64,000 bases of DNA. Source: Bryobacterales bacterium (GTDB taxonomy: Bacteria > Acidobacteriota > Terriglobia > Bryobacterales > Bryobacteraceae). The notes under the pieces are model-generated. The model did no database searches. It had not been told where the DNA came from and worked only from the letters and a program-made list of their open reading frames with translations. The stretch spans positions 4,515 through 68,514 of the forward strand of contig PLEX01000119.1 of assembly GCA_003136575.1 (NCBI GenBank), given 5' to 3'. Of this stretch, positions 47,432-54,566 are shown piece after piece. Every line of letters begins with the position of its first letter. Within the stretch, counting starts at the first letter, position 1. The position numbers and the translations under genes were made by a program.

Positions 47432-48342
47432 TTTGCCGCCGTCGCCACCGGCCGCGCCGGCGCCTTTCTGCCCGATGCACCCGCTGCCGCTCGCCCGGCG
47501 GCCGCTGCCGCCCTGGCTTCAATGGATGCCGCCTCGGCTGCGGCCCTTTGCGCCGGGGTGAATGTCCGGGTGATGAACTCGGTGCGTTCCGCGTCAAACG
47601 GGTCGCAGGGGATGCCGTTTCGGGGTTCATAATCGGCAGCCGCCTTCGTATAACGGTATTCGTAGGTGTGCGGTGTCCGAAAGACCCTGGGGTCCGTCCA
47701 CGTGAATGAAACGGAGAGGACGGTGCCGTTCTTGAGCAAGGTGTATCGTTCCACCAGATGGGAGTTTTCGGTCCGGAACCCGCCGCCCGGAATCAGCATT
47801 CTGCCGTCTTTGGGGTGGAAGCCGATCGTATCCACAATCAGCGTGTCGCCTTCCCAGTGCGCGACGGAATCGCCCATCGACGCCGGGTCGAAGATTTTGG
47901 AATCGATGTGAGGGCGGTCGAAGTAAAGGTGCCGGGGCGAAGCGTTCGCCTCCGGCGTGATCAGGACTTCCCACTTACCCTGTTGAATATCCAGCGGACG
48001 TCCGTTGTCCATCACGGCCGGCAGGCCCAGAGGTCTGCACCAACGGAGAGATACCGCGTCCTCCAGAACAACTTTATCCAGGTAAGTCTTGGTGACCGTG
48101 GGGAGCAGGTTCGCGGCCGGGATGCTCTTGTTCTCCGGACCCAGTTCCCAGTATCCCGAGATATCGTGGGGATCGAAGGAAGCGGCCATCCCGGCGCCGC
48201 GTCCACCGCCCCGGCCGGAACCGCCGGTTGCCCCAATTGCGGCACCACCCCGGCCTGCTCCACCCTGGGCGGCAATTGTCCCTAGCATTGCGGCGCCGAC
48301 CAGGGAAACCCTCAAGGCGCGGCGCGCCAACCAATTCTTCAT
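47428..48342 (-). CDS. secreted hypothetical protein, paralog A, with a Gly/Arg-rich N-terminal segment and an Ala-rich tail
   Basis: Signal MKNWLARRALRVSLVGAAMLGTIAAQ; GGAGRGGAAIGATGGSGRGGGRGAG. Core SVAHWEGDTLIVDT...VERYT...VSFTWTDPRVFRTPHTYEY. Confidence 0.65.
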   Translation of the reverse strand: MKNWLARRALRVSLVGAAMLGTIAAQGGAGRGGAAIGATGGSGRGGGRGAGMAASFDPHDISGYWELGPENKSIPAANLLPTVTKTYLDKVVLEDAVSLRWCRPLGLPAVMDNGRPLDIQQGKWEVLITPEANASPRHLYFDRPHIDSKIFDPASMGDSVAHWEGDTLIVDTIGFHPKDGRMLIPGGGFRTENSHLVERYTLLKNGTVLSVSFTWTDPRVFRTPHTYEYRYTKAAADYEPRNGIPCDPFDAERTEFITRTFTPAQRAAAEAASIEARAAAAAGRAAAGASGRKAPARPVATAAK

Positions 48343-49290
48343 GCCTTGTCCCCACCTTTTCCGATTGTTCAGGTCTTGCGATCAACGCGGCGCAATGGTG
48401 CGCGCCGCCGGGTGCTGTATCTGGTCCATTTTCGGCTCAAGCCGTGGCCAGTGCAAGCTCCTGACCGTCGCAAGTTGTATCCGGTTTTATTTCAGTAGAT
48501 TACCAGTGTATCGACGAGGTATTCCGGGGCAGTCCCGGACAGTCCTGGTCGCGGTTTCTTCCGTATGATTTCCCGGTGCCGGCGACGCGTCGAAATGGGG
48601 CCGTGCGCTTCCCCGGCCGCAAGGACTGTGTTTTCAGCAGAGTGTGGATGTACTTCATGTTGGCAAACAACTGGCGATTCGTGTCCGAGCAGCGATAGCG
48701 GCCCAGGCGGTTCAGGCCATACGCTGTCTCGGGGCAAAGACCCAACGCCAAATTTAATGCAGAAGGCTTGCCCGCAGCCACTAAACGCCGCTTTTTCGGC
48801 GACCGCGTAACCGCATCCCACTCCGCGCGGCTCGAGAAGACCGAAACGGAAAAAGCCTCGGCGTGTGACGCAACCAGTGCAGCAGAGACTCAAGCGAGTG
48901 AGACGTCAACAGCAGGAAAACTGCGCACGAGGTACCTTGCCATTCCGGTTCCACTTCGCCGAGCGTCTGCGTAATGGCGCCGTAGAAGCCCGACCGTCAA
49001 CGCGCGGAAGGCCCATTCCGCGAACATTGCCGCCACTGCCGATTTCCGCCGGCGCTCAGACTTGCAAAGAGGAATATCAACCCGCGTACTATCGAACTGG
49101 TCAGGCCGCCTTCCAGTTCCATCGGCCCACCAGAAGCGCAAGAGCCGCCGGATGCAGCGCCAAATCCTGGATGCACCACCCGTTCAGCAGTGTCCGGCGG
49201 CGTGACTTGCGCGCGCCCACCAGAAGACTGCGTGGGCTTCATACCAATTTACGAGCGCGGCACCGAGCGTGAGGCGATTCAAACGACAGG

Positions 49291-50496
49291 TTAGCGATGA
49301 ATTGTTTTGATGGCATTTAAAGCATGTGAAGGATTGAGCGGCAGCGCAGCAAGATAACCGTCGTAAACGTGGCCGAAGACTTCGTCCCACGATTCGCCAG
49401 ACGCCTGGTCGCGCGCGGCGCGTCCCATTGCGGTACGCAATTCCCCGTCGCTCAGCAGGCGCGCCACCCGTTCGACGAATTCCTCGTCCGTGTACGCCAC
49501 GAAGCCACTCAGCCCTTCGCGAACGATGAACTTCGGACCGCCGGCACTGGTTACAACCGCCGGTACTCCCGAGGCGAACGCCTCCAGCACGACGTTGCCA
49601 AACGTATCCGTGCGGGAAGGGAATGCAAAAACGTCCATATTGGCGAAGTCTTGGCTGAGGGCCGCGCCGCGCCGCACGCCCCTGAAATCGGCATTTTGCA
49701 GATTGTCCCGCAGCCAATCGAGTTCACTGCCGTCGCCGACGATGAGGAAACGAAACGGCGGCGCGCTCTGCGCTTGCAGCGCGATTTCAAGATCGCGCAG
49801 GAAGCGGACGCTTTTCTCGGGTGTGATGCGGCCGACGTACCCGATTCGTAATATGCCGTCGTTCAGGGTTCGCTTCGCCGGATCGAAAAGGTGCGTGTCG
49901 ATGCCGCGTTTCATGGGAAACACCGGCTTGCCCGTTCCGTCCCGAAGCATCGCGACCAGTTCCGCGTTGGGCTCGTACAGAACGTCGCCCTTCCGGTAGA
50001 ATGCCAGGCATATTCGCAGGCTCTGCGCTTCGGTGAACCGCCCCACAGCGTTCCGAATGCCTTCCGGCATCCATCTTAAGGAATTCATCAGGCGCATGGC
50101 CCCGAACTCGTGCAGATTCGTGTGCCAGGAGATGGCGAGCGGAACCTTGAGTTTCTTCGCCACGTAGACACCGACGGTACTGACGTCGCCGGGGCTGACC
50201 ACGCGCACGATGTCAGGCCTGAATTCCTCAACTGCCTTCGCGATTTCGATAGCCGAGCGCCAAAGCACCGTATCATAGAGCAACCCGCGGTCGAGGTGAA
50301 TGACAAACCGGCTGCGCGCGAGTTCACAGTGCACAACCGACCCATCCACACTGTTCCGCGTCGACGAACCACCGCGAACGCAGAACAACGGATAATCGTG
50401 GCGGCGCGCGAAATCCACGAATTGGCGGCTGGTCAGCGCGACACCGTTGATCTCCTCAAAAGTATCCGTGAATAGCGCGACGCGCAACGGGACCAT
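49291..50496 (-). CDS. GT4-family (GT-B) glycosyltransferase
   Basis: Start at ATG 50496 (MVPLRVALFTDTF). C-terminal motif FAFPSRTDTFGNVVLEAFASGVPAV. The upstream 64 codons of the ORF look non-coding. Confidence 0.8.
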   Translation of the reverse strand: MVPLRVALFTDTFEEINGVALTSRQFVDFARRHDYPLFCVRGGSSTRNSVDGSVVHCELARSRFVIHLDRGLLYDTVLWRSAIEIAKAVEEFRPDIVRVVSPGDVSTVGVYVAKKLKVPLAISWHTNLHEFGAMRLMNSLRWMPEGIRNAVGRFTEAQSLRICLAFYRKGDVLYEPNAELVAMLRDGTGKPVFPMKRGIDTHLFDPAKRTLNDGILRIGYVGRITPEKSVRFLRDLEIALQAQSAPPFRFLIVGDGSELDWLRDNLQNADFRGVRRGAALSQDFANMDVFAFPSRTDTFGNVVLEAFASGVPAVVTSAGGPKFIVREGLSGFVAYTDEEFVERVARLLSDGELRTAMGRAARDQASGESWDEVFGHVYDGYLAALPLNPSHALNAIKTIHR

Positions 50497-50576
50497 CGTG
50501 CCAGTACACCAGAATTGAATGAATACCGAATTACAATTTGCCGATTTAAGCGCGAACTTTGGCGATGATGCCGGGG

Positions 50577-51014
50577 CTATGCCAACATCTGCATCAGCCG
50601 CGTGCGGACGGTTTCCGCCACAACGGAATCGGGACAAACCACCAGCACGGTATCGTCCCCGGCGAGAGTACCGACCACCTCCGGCCATTCGGCGTTATCG
50701 AGAGCCACGGCGACTGAACTAGCGTGTCCCGGCGCTGTTCGCAACACGATTTGATTCTGCGCGACGCGGACATCCCGCAGGAATTCGCCGACAACCGTTG
50801 CCAGATCTCGGGGGGGCTTCTGAAGCTGTAATGCGCGATAACCCTCCGGAGTCTTGACCAGGCCCATTTCGCGGATATCGCGCGAGAGCGTCACCTGCGT
50901 GGCTTCGATGCCGCACTCTTTCAGTGCGTGGGCGAGTTCTTCCTGGGTCGAAATACTGCCGTTGCTTATCAGCTTCAGGATTTGGCCCTGCCGGTAGCTC
51001 TTGGTCATCGTCAC
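50577..51014 (-). CDS. argR: arginine repressor ArgR
   Basis: 145 aa. wHTH region RQGQILKLISNGSISTQEELAHALKECGIEATQVTLSRDIREMGLVK and C-terminal GTLAGDDTVLVV. Its ATG overlaps the argH stop (ATGA). Confidence 0.9.
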   Translation of the reverse strand: MTMTKSYRQGQILKLISNGSISTQEELAHALKECGIEATQVTLSRDIREMGLVKTPEGYRALQLQKPPRDLATVVGEFLRDVRVAQNQIVLRTAPGHASSVAVALDNAEWPEVVGTLAGDDTVLVVCPDSVVAETVRTRLMQMLA

Positions 51015-52399
51015 GCCAGCTCAGCCAGGCGCTGACGGGCCGTCGCGAGAGCCGAGGCAACCACGCCGGGCCCGGTGCCACCGGCGATTTCGCGCGTCTT
51101 CATGCCTTCGCGCGGATCGAGCAGGCGCGCGACCTCCGGCGTAAATTCCGGCGCGAACGCAGCAAGGGATTCCGCATTCCAGTCGGCCGGCTTCTTACCA
51201 TTGCGAACGCTTTCGAGCACCAGACGCCCCACCGTTTGATGCGCCTGATGAAACGCTGTGCCATTGCGCGCGAGGGCCTCGGCCAGATCCGTTGCAACCA
51301 CCCAGCTCTCTTCGGCGGCAGCGAATGGAACGCCGGGCCGCAACACCACGGATTCGGCGACGCCCCGAGCCATCTCCAGGCAGCTGTTGACCTGATCGGC
51401 GGCCTCGAACAGCGGCTCTTTGTCCTCCTGCATGTCGCGGTTGTAGGTCATCGGCAGACCTTTCATCGTGAAGAGCAGCGAGTTCAAAGCCCCGATTACG
51501 CGACCAGACTTGCCGCGGATCAATTCGAGCGAATCGGGATTTTTCTTCTGCGGCATCAGGCTGGAACCGCTGGTGACGCCATCGCCCAATTCCATCCAGG
51601 CGAACTCTTCCGACGAGTAGAGAATCCAGTCTTCGGCAAGCCGGCTCAAGTGGATCATCACCATGGAAGCAGCATAGAGGTAGTCGAGCGCAAAGTCGCG
51701 GTCCGCGGAAACGTCCATGCTGTTGGCGGTGATGGAGGCGAAACCCAAATCCCGCGCAATCGCTTCGCGGTCGTGCGGGAACCCGGAACCTGCCAGCGCG
51801 CCCGATCCGAGCGGCATTACATTCACACGCCGGCGCGCGTCGCCGAGACGCTCGTAATCGCGCGACAGCATTTCAAAATATGCCAGCAGATAGTGCGGCC
51901 AAAGTACCGGCTGCCCGCGGCGCAGATGAGTATAACCGGGAATTACCGCGTTCGGATATCTTCCGGCAAGGTCGATCAGCGCCGACATCAGCGCCTTCAC
52001 CAACTCCCGCGTGCGGTCGCATTCGTCGCGAAGCCACAAGCGCGTATCGAGAGAAACCTGTTCATTGCGGCTGCGGCCGGTGTGGATCTTGTCGGCGAGC
52101 GCGCCGACGCGCTGTTTCAGTTTCCGGATGACGAAGGAGTGAATGTCTTCGTCGTCGGCTCCGGCGAAAAAGGCCGCTCCGTTTTCACCTTCGGCGTCGG
52201 ACCGGATGGCGTCGAACGCCGCGCAGAGAGTGGCGCATTCAGCATCGGTCAGTACTCCCGCTCTGGTGAGTGAACGCGCGAAAGCCTGCGATCCGCGCAC
52301 GTCGGCTGCGAGCAGTCGGCGATCGAAGTGGAGCGAATTGGAAAACCGTTCGAAGACTTCCGACGGTCCGGTTTCAAAGCGGCCTCCCCAGAGCTTCAC
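51011..52399 (-). CDS. argH: argininosuccinate lyase
   Basis: KLWGGRFETGPSEVFERF; fumarate-lyase signature GSSLMPQKKNPD. Start is placed at GTG 52399, which overlaps the argF stop (GTGA). The longer ORF N-terminus is antisense-like and would overlap argF. Confidence 0.9.
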   Translation of the reverse strand: MKLWGGRFETGPSEVFERFSNSLHFDRRLLAADVRGSQAFARSLTRAGVLTDAECATLCAAFDAIRSDAEGENGAAFFAGADDEDIHSFVIRKLKQRVGALADKIHTGRSRNEQVSLDTRLWLRDECDRTRELVKALMSALIDLAGRYPNAVIPGYTHLRRGQPVLWPHYLLAYFEMLSRDYERLGDARRRVNVMPLGSGALAGSGFPHDREAIARDLGFASITANSMDVSADRDFALDYLYAASMVMIHLSRLAEDWILYSSEEFAWMELGDGVTSGSSLMPQKKNPDSLELIRGKSGRVIGALNSLLFTMKGLPMTYNRDMQEDKEPLFEAADQVNSCLEMARGVAESVVLRPGVPFAAAEESWVVATDLAEALARNGTAFHQAHQTVGRLVLESVRNGKKPADWNAESLAAFAPEFTPEVARLLDPREGMKTREIAGGTGPGVVASALATARQRLAELA

Positions 52400-53328
52400 A
52401 GAGACCGTTCCGTACCCAACAACGCCAGCAGCAGGGCTTTTTGCGCATGAAGGCGGTTTTCCGCCTCGGCGAAGACGACCGCGCGCGGAGATTCCATCAC
52501 GCTGTCGGTCACCTCTTCTCCCCGGTGCGCGGGCAGACAATGCATGAAGACGGCTTCGGGAGCCGCGTGGGCGAAAAGCTCGTCGTTGACCTGATAGCCC
52601 GCGAAATCGGCCAGGCGCCGGGTGGCTTCGTGCTCATCGCCCATGCTGGTCCAAACGTCCGTGTACACAACCTGGGCGCCGCGAACCGCTGTAACCGGAT
52701 CGTTTGTGATTTCCACTTCGCCTTCGGCCATGGCGACGATTTCGGCGGGCAAAGCGTAACCCGGAGGTGTGGCTATCGCGAAACGCATCCCCAGCCGCGT
52801 CGCGTTTAACAGGAGCGAACTGGCCACGTTGTTACCGTCGCCGACGAAAGCAAGCTTCAGGCCGCGCGTCTCGCCGAAGCGCTCGCGCACTGTCTGCATG
52901 TCAGCCAACGCCTGGCAGGGATGCCACATGTCGCTGAGAGCGTTGATCACGGGTACCGAGGCCCAGAGGGCAAGATCGTCCACGGTCTGCTGGGTGTAAG
53001 TTCGCGCGACGATGCCGTCAACCCAGCGATCCAGATTGCGCGCGACATCCTTTAGTGGTTCGCGGACGCCGATGCGGCCTTCATTGACGATGGCAAACCC
53101 GCCCAGTTGCTGAATAGCCAGCTCAAACGTTACGCGGGTGCGCAGAGAAGGCTTTTCGAAGAGCAATGCTAAAGCCTTTCCGTTGAGTGCTTTACTGTAG
53201 CGGCCAGGGTTTCGTTTCACCTCGGCCGCGAGGTCGATCAAAGAGTGGAGTTCATCGGTGGTTGCGTCGAGATCGCGCGTGAAGTTAGGGTGGGCGAGGC
53301 GAAGAACCTGCGGCATCGTGGCAGTCAT
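52396..53328 (-). CDS. argF: ornithine carbamoyltransferase
   Basis: Motifs FEKPSLRTRVTFE, HPCQALADMQT, GDGNNVASS and HCLPAHRGEE. Confidence 0.9.
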   Translation of the reverse strand: MTATMPQVLRLAHPNFTRDLDATTDELHSLIDLAAEVKRNPGRYSKALNGKALALLFEKPSLRTRVTFELAIQQLGGFAIVNEGRIGVREPLKDVARNLDRWVDGIVARTYTQQTVDDLALWASVPVINALSDMWHPCQALADMQTVRERFGETRGLKLAFVGDGNNVASSLLLNATRLGMRFAIATPPGYALPAEIVAMAEGEVEITNDPVTAVRGAQVVYTDVWTSMGDEHEATRRLADFAGYQVNDELFAHAAPEAVFMHCLPAHRGEEVTDSVMESPRAVVFAEAENRLHAQKALLLALLGTERSL

Positions 53329-53364
53329 TGAATTTTTATTCAGCCTTATGAATATTTAACCACT
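53327..53364. promoter_or_regulatory. tandem ARG boxes (ArgR operator) abutting the argF start codon
   Basis: Box 1 is aTTGAATTTTTATTCAGc, a perfect TGAAT-n4-ATTCA core at 53329-53342. Box 2 is taTGAATATTTAACCAct, with its core at 53349-53362, 2 nt from box 1. A putative minus-strand promoter has TTGACC (+ strand 53378-53383) and TTAAAT (+ strand 53354-53359). Confidence 0.7.
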
Positions 53365-53424
53365 CGACCCGCACTCCGGTCAAGGCGGCAAACGGGAGCT
53401 GAATGTAAAATTCAGGACGTTTCC

Positions 53425-53826
53425 TTGCATTCCCGTCGGGGGTTCCGTGATAATGGGGTAGTACGTTTGCTCAGCGTACTTTTGGAGCTAACTTTGGCCG
53501 CCGTCGCCTCCCGCTCTTCCCTGATGGGTGCTCTGATTCGCACCGCCAATGTTCATTCTTCCAATATCAATGCAATTGTCGACTTTTTAAGTGGCCTGTC
53601 CTCGGGCGAACTGGAGTGTCTTGCCGAGTTCCAGGGGGCTTGTCTGCTTGAAGTGGACGAGAAGTTCTCTCATCCTTATCGCCTGCTTCCCGAGTTTTTC
53701 GACCCCGCCATTTCCGAGCGCTGGCGGAATTGCGAGGACAGAGCGCACAAGACCTTTATAGTTTTGTCGTGGCTTGAGATTCAACAGATCCCGCAACCCC
53801 GAAACTGTTCTATTCACGCCGTCTGA
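53425..53826 (+). CDS. hypothetical protein (lower G+C)
   Basis: 133-aa ORF from TTG 53425; alternative ATG at 53524 (MGALIRTANVHSS...). No family recognised. Confidence 0.4.
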   Translation: MHSRRGFRDNGVVRLLSVLLELTLAAVASRSSLMGALIRTANVHSSNINAIVDFLSGLSSGELECLAEFQGACLLEVDEKFSHPYRLLPEFFDPAISERWRNCEDRAHKTFIVLSWLEIQQIPQPRNCSIHAV

Positions 53827-53862
53827 GCATTGCGCCCGGCCCAAAAACCCCAAAATTCTTGC

Positions 53863-53904
53863 TTGACGAGGGAATGGAAGTTGGCTAATATAGATTTAGC
53901 TAAC
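53863..53904 (+). promoter_or_regulatory. sigma-70-like promoter with an overlapping operator palindrome for the phd/vapC operon
   Basis: TTGACG (53863-53868), a 17-nt spacer, then TAATAT (53886-53891). Inverted repeat GTTGGCTAA-n7-TTAGCTAAC at 53880-53904. AAGAGG lies 7 nt upstream of ATG 53918. Confidence 0.6.
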
Positions 53905-53917
53905 CAAGAGGTATCGT

Positions 53918-54145
53918 ATGCCAACCATCCACCAAGCTAAAACCAATCTTTCCCGGCTGATCGAGAAGGCCGAGCGCGGCGAGGAAGTTGTGATCTCGCG
54001 CGGCAAAGAGCCGGTGGTGCGCCTCGTGTTGGTCTCGAAGCACTCGGGAAAGCGCCAGTTGGGTATTCTCAAGGGCAAGTACAAGATCGACCCGGTGTTT
54101 TTCGAACCACTTCCTCAGGACGAACTGGACGCTTGGTATCAATAG
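53918..54145 (+). CDS. Phd/YefM-family type II antitoxin
   Basis: 75 aa: MPTIHQAKTNLSRLIEKAERGEEVVISRGKEPVVRLV. Confidence 0.85.
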   Translation: MPTIHQAKTNLSRLIEKAERGEEVVISRGKEPVVRLVLVSKHSGKRQLGILKGKYKIDPVFFEPLPQDELDAWYQ

Positions 54146-54148
54146 CCG

Positions 54149-54535
54149 GTGCGCGTACTTCTCGACACCTGCGCCCTGATATGGTGCGCCCTCGACGAAA
54201 CACAACTTACTGGGACAGCCCAGACGGCCCTTGAATCGCTCGATACCGAAGTATTTGTCAGCGCAGCTTCGGCTTGGGAGATTGCTACCAAGGTACGTCT
54301 GGGCAAGCTTCTAGGAGCTGTGGGTCTGGCTGCGGAGATCGCGACCGTGGTCCGGCGATTGGGTTTTACCGAGTTGCCTGTCAGTCTCGACCACGCTCAG
54401 CGGGCCGGTCTCCTACCCGGCTCTCACAAAGACCCCTTCGACCGACTACTGATCGCTCAGGCGCAGGCGGAAAACCTGCCGATCGTCAGCAGCGACACTA
54501 TCTTCGACGATTACCGCGTACGCCGGATCTGGTGA
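54149..54535 (+). CDS. vapC: PIN-domain toxin VapC
   Basis: 128 aa with a GTG start 3 nt after the antitoxin stop. Motifs VLLDTCALIW, SAASAWEIATK, HKDPFDRLLIAQA and PIVSSD. Confidence 0.85.
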   Translation: MRVLLDTCALIWCALDETQLTGTAQTALESLDTEVFVSAASAWEIATKVRLGKLLGAVGLAAEIATVVRRLGFTELPVSLDHAQRAGLLPGSHKDPFDRLLIAQAQAENLPIVSSDTIFDDYRVRRIW

Positions 54536-54566
54536 GAAATGTCCTCCCGGCCGGACACTATGTCCA

